From Octopus sinensis (lineage: Eukaryota): DNA of 64,000 nucleotides. Position 1 is the first letter of the stretch. Every line of letters begins with the position of its first letter. The DNA lies in assembly GCF_006345805.1 (NCBI RefSeq), contig NC_043000.1, positions 33,728,001 through 33,792,000 of the forward strand, written 5' to 3'. The notes under the pieces are model-generated. The model searched no databases. It was not told the DNA's origin and saw only the letters and a program-made list of their open reading frames with translations. A program made the position numbers and the translations under genes. Positions 25,140 through 38,800 of this stretch are shown in pieces.

Positions 25140-25704
25140 CACAAAATTACCATTATTAGGAGGGTTGAAGTTTAATCTGTAAAGGTGGCAGCGATTTCAT
25201 TAATTGTGAATGTAATCAGAGATTCTGATGATAAAAGATTTATAAAGTGTTGGTGGTTGTATTTTCGACCTTGTCATTGTTCAGAGCTTAAAGCCTTTCT
25301 CTTAAGGCTGAACCAAATCTCATTGATGAAGATTTAGTAATGCTGAGAACATAAGTCTTTTAGGGAATATCAATGGCAATAAGTTAAGGCGTGGTAGGGG
25401 CAGTTTATCTTTGAAGATCACTGCCCGATCAAGCTCACCTTTCCGTAAACAATTGCTTATTCACCTTTTACACACATTAATATAAAATTGACATTTACAT
25501 GTATATTTCACTTATTCCCTCCTCTTCATTTCCCTCTCTCTCTCTCCTTCTGGTTTACTGTTTAGCTGTCCGTCTGTCTGTCACTCTGATTCTATGTGTG
25601 TCTATGAAAATGTACGTACAGGCACATGCATTGGATAAGAGTGTGTGTGTGTTTTATTATATCATATGCAGGTACATGTACACACACACACGTGTATGTG
25701 TGTG

Positions 25705-25960
25705 AAGGCGCATGGCATAGTGCTTAGAGCGCCAGGCTCACAATCATGCGGTAGTGAGTTCGATTCTAGGACTTGGCTGTGGGTCGTGTTCTTGAGCAAG
25801 ACACTTTATTTCACGTTCATTCAGCTCACTCAGCAGCAGAAATGAGCTGCCAAGCTGTATCGGCCCGCTGGTTTTCCATAGACAATTTTGCCCGGACTTG
25901 TGCCTAGAAGGGTGAAATCGTACATGTAATTCCATGGTCATTCATCCGAAGGGGGTATTT
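25705..25960 (+). mobile_element. SINE family C
   Basis: ggcgcatggc.tagtg.ttagagcg..ggctcacaatcatg.ggtagtgagttcgattc...gagcaagacactttatttcacg. Confidence 0.8.
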
Positions 25961-25976
25961 ACGCATTATATATGTC

Positions 25977-26008
<32 letters not shown>

Positions 26009-26031
26009 TATATATATATATATATATAATA

Positions 26032-26067
<36 letters not shown>

Positions 26068-26389
26068 GGTATGTATGTATGTATGTATGTATGTATGTAT
26101 GTATGTATGTATGTATGTATGTATGTATGTATGTATGTATGTATGTAGTATGCATATATATGTATGAATGTATGTATAATATATATATATGCATATATAT
26201 GTATGAATGTATGTATATATATACGTATGTATAAATGTATGTATGTATATATATGTGTGTGTGTGTCTGTGTGTGTGCGCGCCTCTGTGTGTGTATATGT
26301 ATGAAGGCATCAATCTACCTATCGGTTTGTCTGTCTGTCTGGATATGTATGTATGTCTCTTCTATTTTTTTAATTATTATTAATCTTCC

Positions 26390-27000
26390 ACTGAGGAGGG
26401 AGCCTGTTTCCAACAAAGTTACAAAGCTCCATCGTTGGGATGTAGTTAACACAGACTAATTCACATTTGGAACTTGAAAACAGTCTTGCATATTTTTACT
26501 GTTCCACTCACAGGTTGTACTTGTAATGTACGAATTAACCGGTCGATTTCTCTTTCTGAAAATCCCAGTTTATCCAGATTCTCGTTTAAACATTCACTAA
26601 AAAAGCCTTGTGCTCCAATTATTATTGGTATGAATATGAATTCATAGTCTTGATATAGAAGCTAGAGTTTTCGAAGCAGTTTTCAAAGAGATATTTATAT
26701 CTGGAGGGCAGCTGATCTCTATGATGGTACACACCTTTGCCCCTCTGTCCCAAACAACAATATCTGACCAGAAGTCTTGATGGAAATATCCCACCAGTAT
26801 TCCTTGAGTTGGAGTTTATGAATGTATTCCATAACAGAAGGATTTTCAGAATAGTTTTTTGCGTATGGCATTGTAATTTGTTTTAGTAACAACATCGTGC
26901 CGCATAGAAGGTTGTACCGTGACGACTTTTTAGGATAGCTGCTAATCACACGCGTGATGTGTTCCACAGAAACATGACACAGCCTACACATACGGTTGCA
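26390..27000 (-). mobile_element. RLE-type LINE 3' fragment
   Basis: CRLCHVSVEHITRVISSYPK..EYWWDISIKT, i.e. the zinc knuckle and the start of the REL endonuclease. Confidence 0.75.
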
Positions 27001-27045
27001 CCTTTTATGATTACAGGAGCGTCACTGTCTCTCTTGTTCACCAGG

Positions 27046-27238
27046 TACTTTGTGGCAATTTCCTATTCCTGGATTGCACAGGCTTCAAAGTGTGTGTATG
27101 TATGTATGTATGTATGTATGTATGTATGTATGTATATATGTAAGGCATCTATCTATCTGTTTGCCAATCTGTTTGGCCCACCGTCTGCCAGTGTCGATCT
27201 CTGTGTGCGTACAAAAACAATTTTAAATGCACGCATAT

Positions 27239-27271
<33 letters not shown>

Positions 27272-27472
27272 ATGTGTGTGTGTATGCATTTATTAAATCA
27301 TATAGAGTACACGTGTACTCTATATGATTTAAATGCATACACACACGCACACACACACACACACATATATATAATATGCGTGCATTTAAAATTGTTTTTG
27401 TACGCACACAGAGATCGACACTGGCAGACGGTGGGCCAAACAGATTGGCAAACAGATAGATAGATAGATGCC

Positions 27473-27503
<31 letters not shown>

Positions 27504-27604
27504 CATACATGCATACATACACACATACATACATACATACATACATACACACACTTTGAAGCCTGTGCATTTGCAATCCAGGAACAGGTGATTGCCACAA
27601 AGTA
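27046..27604. repeat. Spacerless palindrome of ~560 bp
   Basis: Centre tatagagtacac|gtgtactctata (27312/27313). Arms are mirror images and include unique sequence and microsatellites. Confidence 0.9.
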
Positions 27605-27750
27605 TATATATGTATATATGTATGTATATGTATAGGGTGCGGTGAATAAACTGTCGTCTATATTACGCAAAAATGAAAACATTGACATCTCGTTTTAACA
27701 GATATATTTGCCAAAACTACATAAAAATATCTTGAAATATTAAAGAATAA

Positions 27751-28062
27751 TGGCCCAGTGGTTAGGGCAGCGGACTGGCGGCCGTAGGATCGCGGTTTCG
27801 ATTCCCAGATCGGGCGTTGTGAGTGTTTATTGAACAAAAATATCTAAAGCTCCACGAGGCTCCGGCCTTCCTGTTTCTCTTGTACCTATATTTCAAAGGG
27901 GCCAACCTTTCACACTCTGTGTCACGCTGAATCTCCCCAAGAACTACGTTAAGACTACACGTGTCTGTGGAGTGCTCAGCCCCTTGCACGTTAATTTCAC
28001 GAGCAGGCTGTTCCGTTGATCGGATCAACTGGAACCCTCGTCGTCGTAACTGACGGAGTGCC
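27751..28062 (+). mobile_element. SINE family B head with the tail shared with family C
   Basis: tggcccagtggttagggcagcggac...cacgttaatttcacgagcaggctg..ggaaccctcgtcgtcgtaac. Confidence 0.85.
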
Positions 28063-28066
28063 ACGT

Positions 28067-28176
<110 letters not shown>

Positions 28177-31100
28177 GTGTGTGTGTGTTTGGAGACTTGT
28201 AAGTTAGTGGATAGGATCCTGGCTCAGGCGACGCGTTGTATTCTTAAGCAAAAAAGTTCATTTCGTTTGTTTCACTCAACTCAGCTTGCAAAAACGACTA
28301 ATCCGGTGATTGACCGTCGCATCATCCGGGAGAAGAATATATACACCACAGAATCCGGGAAACCGGGCTTATGAGCCTGTGGCTTGAGAAGAGCTTTGAA
28401 CCTAATTTTGGATCCGTACTCATACACAGTTATGAAATTGGCAAGTTAACTTCACAGCCACCGTGGCTTCGGGTTGATTCCACTGTTCGCAAGAATTGGT
28501 AAATGTCTTCAATTATACGACTGGAGAAACTCAACCAAACTTCTAAAGTGGGTAGTGATTACCCAGTGAACGAGGCCACATTGTAGAAACTTCACACCAT
28601 TCTGCCTCTCAAGCTTGAACCGATCCCTCTGGAATTAATCGACTGAATCTCCACCAACTTTCGGAATTATCTTTTTTTCTCCAGTTCTCAACAACAATGG
28701 TTCTGTGAAAATTACCTCTTCATCACGTGACAGTGGGCTTCTTTTCTCTTTTAAACTCCTACTCCAGCAATGTAAACAACAACTGGAGTTTAGTTGTTCA
28801 GCCCACTTCTTCCTGTAAATTATGGTCAAAACCATCCAACTCCCATGGAAAACTTTCCATTCTTTCCTCTATTGTTAATGGAACTTTATGCTTCTTGGGG
28901 CAGTTGGAAGTGTCTCAAAAGGAGGCCGCGATTATAACACTGCATCTTAAACTTATCAGTGAAACCGTAGTTGTTAGACACATCCAGACCGAGTCTCAAT
29001 TCCTGTAGGAGATTCATTTATCGCATTTTCCTCTCAGTCCTTCACCCAACTATCACCTCTTTCATTGTGTTCTCTGCCATTTCAACAGAACGTTCCATTT
29101 CCTTCTTAGCAACACTACTGGCTGCAGCGAATCTCAATACCATTATAGAAGATCATTTGTAGATCCTGTATAGAAACGACTACAGTTTTAGTTCCATGCA
29201 CCATGTTGTGGTTAACCCTGCTGAAAGAAGCAGGGACCGTCCATGAGGAGGTCTTCTGTGTATATTTACCCAATTTCACTGACAAAGGTTGAGTCGTTCC
29301 GAAACAATAGTACAAAGAAGTATCTGCCTCACAGATCAAGCAACGAAATCGAACCGGAAATCTCATGATTGCAAAGCGAGAGTTCTAATTAAACGTCTAT
29401 TCTAATTATTAAGCTTCTTCCCCTTTTCCATTTCACCGGACTTATCTATCCTGCCCACCATGTCTGAACACACCTAATATCTTTTAATAACTTTTATTAA
29501 CAGCAACATTAATCTTTCAGAGATTGGAATTTACTTTGTTGCTTGTAGTTGTTTTCGTTCAGTCTCTCATCGCTCTTCTCTCTCTCTCCTCTCTTTTTCT
29601 CATTCCCTTCTTCCCTCCCTCCGTGTCTGTCTGTCTGTCTGTGTGTCTCTCTCTGTATACAAGTCATAGATCTCTCTCTGCGTATACATACAAGTGTGCA
29701 AATTTCTAATTGGTAATTATACCAATCTTGTTTAGATAAACAGTTTTATTTATATTAATTAACATTTTGTCTTGTTGGTTCTATTACTATTGTTGGTGTT
29801 ATGACTTTCGATATTTTAACTGTCGGAATTTTGTCCGAGTACCTGCACTCCTCCATTCATCAACACCATCTATTCTCTCAAAAGTATATTCTATCAAATT
29901 CATTCTGACCCTTCCACGCATGCATCCTTCTGGGGCTTCTTTGTTACCCGTTTTATAGAGAGCCTTCTGCTGAGTTTCGAACTATCTCACTCAGATCACC
30001 AGTTCAGAAGCACGCTTCAACTATATTGCCATAAAATAAATAATGACCAGCTATGACAAGTTGACGGTGTCTTTATAAAACTCATTAACGCCTACTTGAA
30101 CACGGTTCGATCAATTACAGCGATAGACTTGAAAGTAAGTTTTCTGACTTCTGCCGCCAAATACTTCTTTCGAAGTATTCCGCCAACTACTTCTGTCCCA
30201 ACGAGAACAACTTCGGGTGGCACAGAACTCTCTGTCAGATTTTGTGAGGTGTATTTCTCACACTTTCTATTTATCCTCTCCTTAATAACTATACACAATT
30301 GTCTTATAAACATCTAAAATATGTCATGCGATGAAGTCTCTTAACTAACACGTTCTCTATCGCATTCATTATTTCACGTATGTTCTTTTATTCAACTAAT
30401 TGTTGGATATATGTAAATGTAAAAATAGCCAAGACTATTGAAAAGGTTGCAACACGCAACGAAAATTTTAGGACAATAGAAATAAGAAATAAGTGGAAAT
30501 TTTACCGGTGAGTGTGTTAAATAAGGCACAAAAAGAGAATGACTCTCCCCAGACACAACAGAATATGCTTCAATACACGAACTCATATAAAGAATCTTGC
30601 AAACCAAATCCAAAAACGAAATGTAAGTGTAAAATATTCCAGGTAATAACAAAAATATGGAAACTTCTATGAATATTATTGTGGTCAATATACATATCAC
30701 ACTCAGCCTAATTAATATTGTGTTATTACTAACCGCAGTTTAATAATTATATCCACAACACTTCAGTCTAATTACAGGTAATCGATAGTGAACATCAGTT
30801 CCGTTACGCACTCTCATCTCGGTGTCTGTCTAATTCTGAGACACCTCGACACAAAACTGGAAGCGATGTCACTGAATCCTCGCCTCTTCACACAATTTCA
30901 TTAACAAAACTATAATTGGATGTCGTACAAAACCAATGCTGTCGAGCAAATACGTGTTATTTACTCTGTGTACTTCGTCGTGAGCACTCTTATTACATTT
31001 ACGCCGTTTCTCCAGAGTGAACGCACACCCAGCCTCCCAACCTTCCTTACCTAAACTAACACACGCGCCCACACAGGCACACACGCACAGGCATACATAC

Positions 31101-31316
31101 GCACTGAAACACATTCGTAGGGAGTCCCACTGAATATATGAATATACTTACATGCATATACGAATGCGCACACATATAAATGTGTGTGTGTGTGTGAGTG
31201 TGTGTGTGTATGTGTGTGTGTGTGATAGTATACATAACAGACGTCAGCAAAGAGAAAGATAAGCGAAAACAACCTCAAGAATGACGAAAACAAAAGGAAG
31301 GCCAATTGAACATAAG

Positions 31317-31451
<135 letters not shown>

Positions 31452-32471
31452 GGATATATATGTATGTATACATAAACATATATGTGTGTGTGTGTATATA
31501 TATAATATTTTTATATGTATGTGTATGTATGTATACGTATATATCAAAGTATATAACCGATGATTAGAAAGGAAGAGAAAGTGGGGAAGAGATGGAGGTA
31601 GGGAAGAGATGGAGGTGGGGAAGAGATGGAGGTGGGGAAGTGGTTGAGTGAACAAAGGCTGTGAGTAAAATGGCGACGTTGTCAGCTGGAAATGAATGAC
31701 CACAATACAACAACGGAATGGCAGACATTTTAAACAATGTAAAGCGAGCGAAAACAATGGATATTATTGTCATTCGCATAACGAATGTCGTTTACTTGCA
31801 ACTGTTTAAGGGAGAGTCTGTGATATTCATGCCATTCCCCAAAATTTTTGACCCCTGAAATGATCCCACGTATACCCAGCCACAGTTGACCGAAGCTCCA
31901 GCATTTGAGACGGTGTTGTTGAAGACATACAAACATATAAGAATCACAATGGACAGTGTGTGTGTGTGTGTGTGTTTGTGTGGATGAGTTACAGCACCGC
32001 TTCACATGTGTGTGTGTGGACGTGTGTGCTTATGTGTGCGGATGTGTACGTTACATGTGTGTGTGCTTATACGTTTGTGTGTGTTTATGTGTGTGTGTGT
32101 GTAGTAGTACTACCGTTTCAAATTGGGAGTGGGGGAATGATATTGCTGTCGCACACACAAACACACACACGAACGCACACACACAGAGATACACACACAA
32201 AGAGTCAACAGAGCCTAACAGTGTAAAGCCTCTGACTTTGGAATAGTCTTACTAATTATCATGAAAGCGCTGACCAAAGCACTCCAGCCTTTGTCCCACA
32301 GATCTGCTGTATCATCTCCCCCTAGTTTTTCTACCTCTACTACAGCATCATCTGCTCCTCATCAGAGCAGTCTGATCACATGCCGCCTCAGCCATTCTCC
32401 AGTAACACGTCCCCCGCCTATATTCATCAATATTGTTCCATCGACCAGTCCGCCCCCTAGAATTATATTTC

Positions 32472-32699
32472 TTATTTCTTTATTGCCCACAAGGGGCTAA
32501 ACACAGAGGGGATAATCAAGGACAGACAAACGGATTAAGTCGATTATATCGTCAGTGCGTAACTGGTACTTATTTAATCGACCCCGAAAGGATGAAAGGC
32601 AAAGTCGACCTCGGCGGAATTTGAACTCAGAACTTAGCGGCAGACGAAATACGGCTACGCATTTCGCCCGGCGCGCTCAGGTTTCTGCCACCTCGCCGC
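32472..32699 (-). mobile_element. Full-length SINE family A with a 15-bp TSD
   Basis: Flanked by ctagaattatatttc (32457-32471) and ctagaattctatttc (32700-32714). Confidence 0.9.
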
Positions 32700-33476
32700 C
32701 TAGAATTCTATTTCCGTTAACTTCTAACCACCAAGCTGTTGAAGACACATTAACCATCCTGATCACGACCAATCTGTGAAATTATGCGTAGGCCATAGTT
32801 TTAGCCTTTGGCTGCCGACCAGTCCATTACCAGAAATATCAACAAACCAAAAAGGACAGCGTCCACTGTTGATGTTATGGGGTCTTTCTCTGCTTGAGTT
32901 ATGCTTCCAGTTGTAACAATGAAATGGTTGTGTTGTTAAGTCCAGGACCACCATACGGAAACTGTTGGGAAATCATTGATAGCTTCCCATTGTATGTTAA
33001 TCGATCTATGACAAAGGACTAAGTATATCCAAGATATAATCTGACGAAGCATTAAACCTAGCAATGCCCGCAGGCAAGACAGTCGTTCCTGCGTGTGACA
33101 GTGACCTTTTTCTGCCCTTATTCTGGTTGCACCATATTTACAGCCAAGTAAAGTGACCAAAGTCACACACACAATTGAATGAAGTATCAATATTTAGAAT
33201 GTCGATCTTTTGATTGATTGCCTCAATGGTTGCCCCGACAACCTGGACCTGTTTTGGTATAATGTAAAAAGCGACAGGGTTGACTTGAAAGAAAAACAAC
33301 CAAATAACCTTCGAATTTCACCTCAACATTTCAAAAAGAGAACAAGGAGTTAAATGCTGTTCAAAAGCGTAGGACGCTAACAGCTGCAGATCGTTAAAAC
33401 ATGGTCAGGGCTGGAACGCCTCTGATCATTAGCTTGATCGATTAGCGCAAACCATGGGCTAAAAATCACTGCCATC

Positions 33477-33530
<54 letters not shown>

Positions 33531-33533
<3 letters not shown>

Positions 33534-34839
33534 CAGAGATCAATGCTAAAAACAAGATAATAGGCATTAACACTTTAGCCGTTCCAGTTATAAGTTACAG
33601 CTACAATATCATTAACTGGACACTAAATGAACTAACCAAAATAGACAGGAAAACAAGAAAAATAATGACAGGATCTAGGATGCACCACCTAAAATCTGAC
33701 AAAGAAAGGCTATATATACAACGTATAGAAGGTGGTAGAGGCCTTATACAGCTGGAAAACTATTATAAAATAACCACCATAGGACTGCAAAAATACCTAT
33801 TTCAGAAGCAAGGGAAACTAATACAAATAGCCACAAAACACGAGCAAAATAAAATACTGTTCTCAGTATTTAAGGAAGCTGACAAATACAAAAAAGAAAT
33901 CACACTACCTAAAATATGAAGAAGAAGAAGAAACAACAAAAGCTATAAAACAAATGAGCAACGGATCTTGATAAAACAATGACAAGAAAAGCCCCTTCAT
34001 AGCAAATACTGGGCTAAACTAAATGCAAAAAAAAAAATAGTCAGAGAAAAATCCCAGCAACAGTTGAAAAGCGCAGGACTAAAAGCAGAGACTGAAGGAT
34101 TTTTAATTGCAGCAGAAGACTAAATTCACCCTACCAGAAATTACCAAAAACATATAATGAAAAGAAACATAAGTAACTGCAGAATATATGGAGATGGACA
34201 AGAAACAATAAATCATATTATCTCTCGCTGCCCAGTTCTGGCTAAGAAGGAATATATTCACAGACACGACAGTGTTGGGACCTACATACACTGGAAGCTA
34301 TGCCAACACTATGGAATAACAACAGAAAAAAGATGGTATAGGCACACACCAGAAACGGTCACAGAAAACGAGAAAGCAACCATACTCTGGGATATGCCAA
34401 TACACACAGATAGAGAAATTCAGGCCAACAGACCAGATATAGTTGTCAGAGATCATGAAGAAAAAATGCTTTCTAATTGATGTATCAATACCGGCAGATG
34501 ACAACGTTTCTCTAAAAGAAATGGAGAGACTTTCAAAATACAAAGACTTGGAAACAGAGGTAACTCGAATGTGGAATCTAAAAACAGAAACAATTCCTAT
34601 GATAGTAGACGCATTAGGTATGATAAAAAATATTCAGACAAATACATAACAAAAACACCAGGACTTACAAATATATATAACATACAGAAAATTGCACTAC
34701 TGTGCACTGCACACATCCTACGCAAAATACTTTCAATACAGTAAGCATAAAAGCATCACAGCAAACCACAGCACATACCCAAGGCACACAGAGCTGCGCT
34801 CGGTAGTGAAGTGAAAGCACGCTATAAAAAATAAAATTA

Positions 34840-34842
<3 letters not shown>
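33531..34842 (+). mobile_element. 5'-truncated RLE-type non-LTR retrotransposon (R4/Dong-like), inactivated, inserted in (TAA)n
   Basis: Post-RT motif RLYIQRIEGGRGLIQLE; CCHC knuckle CRIYGDGQETINHIISRC; RHD motif; ILWDMPIHTD..NRPDIVV..CFLIDVSIP restriction-like endonuclease. Contains stops and frameshifts. (AAT)n on both sides. Confidence 0.9.
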
Positions 34843-34915
<73 letters not shown>

Positions 34916-34928
34916 GTAATAATAATGA

Positions 34929-34987
<59 letters not shown>

Positions 34988-35229
34988 TAATAATAATAAA
35001 CTGGTACATCACACGTATTGAGAAGAGCATTGTCGATGTGAGAACTGTTGCTGCTCATGTATTTTAATTTAACTTAAAAAAAAAAATGAACGAACTATTG
35101 AGTTTGGTTTAATGGCCTACCAATGTATACTATGAGTTTCTTTGCCCTAGGAGTCGGGAAGACACTCGGCAAGAAATGGAAGCAAATTTGAAAGAAGAAA
35201 AAAAGAAGTAATAATAATAATAATAATAA

Positions 35230-35260
<31 letters not shown>

Positions 35261-35789
35261 AAGAAGAAGAAGGAAAAGAAGAAGTAGTGAAAGAAAAAGA
35301 AATATAATAATAATAATATAATAAGAAGAAGAACAACAACAACAACAACTACATCAACAACAATAACAATAACAACAAAAGCAAACGAAAAAAACAGCTA
35401 CAATAATTGCTACAACAACATGGAAACCGACGACAACAAACGACAGCACCAGCAATATCAATAATAAAAAAACATTAAAACACAAATTAGAAGTAATACT
35501 GTCAACTTTAATTAAAATTAATTTCCTTGTTAATTCTAACAACACAATTTGCCGTTGTTGTCTTTCACCATCGTCAATATATAATGATAATCATGTCTTT
35601 ATTGATTCTTGTTGTTTATCCTTCTCTGCATAATTCTTCTTTAACGTCACTGGGATTGCTTTATTTGTTGCTGTTGTTGCTGATGATGTCAATGTTTTCC
35701 ATGGCTGCTATCATATATTTAACCAGACTATTCAACTAAATTAATACAAATTTGTCAGCCAAAATAGCAGCCAGCAAAATTAATATATA

Positions 35790-35858
35790 TGTATATACAT
35801 ACATACATATGCATATACATATATATAACATACACACACACACACACACACACAACAC

Positions 35859-35940
<82 letters not shown>

Positions 35941-36480
35941 GTGTATGTATGTGTGTGTGTGTATCTATATATACGGTGAAAGCACCGCCAACCCCGGAAC
36001 AGATACCCCCGTCTCTTCCATTAATTGGCTGTTTATTAGAAACAGTGCGCAGTTTGTGTTCACCATGTTAAGCGGTTATATATATATATATTATATATAT
36101 ATATATATATTATATATATATATATATATGTACATATATGTGTGTGTGTGTGTGTTTGTGTGTGTGTTTGTGTGTGTGTATGTGTGTGTATATATGTATG
36201 TGTGTATGTATGTATGTATGTATGTATGTATGTATGTATGTGTATGTATGTATGCATGCATGTATGTATGTATGTATGTATGTATGTATGTATGTGTGTG
36301 TATGTATGTATGCATGCATGCATGTATGTATGTATGTATGTATGTATGTATGTATGTATGTGTGTATGTATGTATGCATGCATGCATGTATGTATGTATG
36401 TATGTATGTATGTATGTATGTATGTATGTGTGTATGTATGTGTGTGTATGTATGAATGTATGCATGTATGTATGTATGCA
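35790..36480. repeat. Compound (CA)/(TA)/(TG)/(TATG)n microsatellites
   Basis: Directly visible. Similar tracts at 10400-10840, 18500-19160, 20200-20480, 25970-26300, 48480-48620, 49030-49175 and 61570-62045. Confidence 0.95.
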
Positions 36481-36946
36481 GGTAGATAGTTTGATAGATC
36501 GATAGATAAATAAATAGACAGATTGATATCAAAATGCTAGATTTGAAAGCTACAAAAGCCATTAGCGAAATAAAAGACTCAAAGTGTTTTGTGCCGAGAA
36601 AGAATATTTATTAAAAATGGTTAGCTACATTTTGCAATAATGTTTCGGTCGGAATGACTTTTACAAGATTAATAAATAAAATTATATTTAACAAGCTCGA
36701 AAATACCATTCAGACAGCAGCATCGCTGCAAAATTTTGCACTATATCTATAGCATGCATATATTGTTATATATATGCATACATGAACACATACATACACA
36801 CATACATACTTACATAGTCACATACCTCTATACAAGCATACATACATACATACATACATACATACATACAAGAATACATAATATAAGTGTGTGCATGTGT
36901 ATATTCTGTGTCCATATATATGTCGATACACAAACGCGCACACACG

Positions 36947-37009
<63 letters not shown>

Positions 37010-37699
37010 ATACATACACACATATTCCAATTCTGCATAACCATAACAGATCTGACATCAAATAATCAGAATACATTTTATAATTTTTTCATGCACGATA
37101 TTTGAAAGCTCCGATAGCAAAACAGCACGAACTCACTGACCCTCTGGTCTCCTGTATAACCCAGAAGATATGTATAGCACATAATATTAATTAATTAATG
37201 ACAAAATAACAGTGGCTCGTTAATCACATGCATTGATTTACATCTGTTTCCGCTATAAGGAGCTGTGTATCCGAGGTGAATGATAGCGTAACATCATTTA
37301 ACTTCATCAGATCCCTAACAGGATGTACTACGCACACCTGGTTGCAAATTCCTTATAGCGGAAAATGAATGTAAGACAAGGAACTTTATTACATAATTCC
37401 TGCACTTTCGTAGTTCACACACAGGCACACACAAACACTCCCACCCATATATATATATATATGATATACAATTATTTCACGTTCTCTCGAAAGTTTATAA
37501 AATGTTTATGACGACAATAAATGAAGTTGAAAATGCACGAGGATTCTTTTAGATTCTTTTTTTTTAATATATTTTAAAATATTTCTAGACTTAATCGGTT
37601 TCACAGATTTCTCTGATTTTCAAAAGTTAATATAGAAAGACGTAGAGCCGTGTTGCAGCTATCTTGCTTCTGATTTGAATTTTAAAATGTTTTTATACA

Positions 37700-38800
37700 G
37701 AATATTTGACTGAAATTAGTATCTATTTTGGAGACATTTTGAACGGATGAGGATGACCACGTGATGAGGTTTACAAATGTTTGAAAGTTCCCCTTTACGT
37801 CCGTTTTTTAATGTCATATGATGATATGTGACTATATTTTTGCGCCGAAAATTAAGGCTGAGTGAACATATCTAGCGCCAATCCTAAAAGAAGGCTCTCT
37901 AAATTTAATCTGTGTCACCCAGTGGTTGAATAGTCATGGTTTGTGCTTATGTACGTAGGCATCAAATGTTCTCTCCTTAAAAACAAGATGATTTTTAAAC
38001 TTCAATCCGAAGCAAGACAGTTGCCGCATAGCTCCATGTCTTTCTGCCTCAACTTCTGAAAAGCAGTGAAATTTGAGAAACCAGTTAAGTCTTTAAAAAT
38101 GTTTAAATACATTTTCAACTTCTTGTATATACTCAATACTCTTTTCTTTGACCATAGCCAGCTTTACTTGTCTTCTCTTTTCAGAATGGAACAATTTTCA
38201 TTCCAAAATTTTAACTTTGTTCCATATTTTCTGTGTACATCTCCGTAAGAGATGCTATGGAAAGAAGTACATATGACGTCAGTAGAATCTACATTAAGTT
38301 CTCACTCTAGTCTTACAACCTCTTCAGTCGCCATTAACCTTCATGCTTCTTGTTCAGTTTGACCGTTCCACATTTGACTGGTGACCCTTCTTTCTGCTTT
38401 ATGTTCCTCCTCGTCTTTCTGCCAATTCATCTCAATTCTTGCACTTTGTAATCTATGCTGCAGACCTTCTTAGTGAAAGTGCTCTCAAATTGACTGCTTG
38501 GATGATGTTTTCTATATTCAGTTTGAATATTAAAATCTTCTTCATTCTATGAAGATATTCTTCAATGAAGATTTCCTTTATATCCTTATTTTAGATTCTG
38601 TCACTTCCCAGAACCTCAAAACACTTCGATGCTTCTTTAAAAGATTCAATATTATCACCATCAGCGAAACACTGACAATATTCCTGCACTTTTGTGATTG
38701 TTTTCTCGTTTCCATTAGATTATATCTGCCGAAACTCAATATTATCCTAATATCAATACCAAAATATTGGTACGGTCTGCAACAAAGAATTCACTAGAGT
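37700..38800 (-). mobile_element. Degenerate Helitron Rep N-terminal region
   Basis: An R/E/Q-rich segment, then KFWNENCS..QVKL, then RYVHSALIFGAK and GTFK. These resemble the Helitron K(F/W)..E..CC..GKV.L, R.YNSAL.F.S.GA and FKI.G motifs. Many stops. Confidence 0.45.

Noticed and set aside
37117-37150. Possible 15-nt minus-strand microexon (ttatacAG|GAGACCAGAGGGTCA|GTGAGT)
   Set aside because: Splice dinucleotides alone at this length are expected by chance in 64 kb, and there is no other support.
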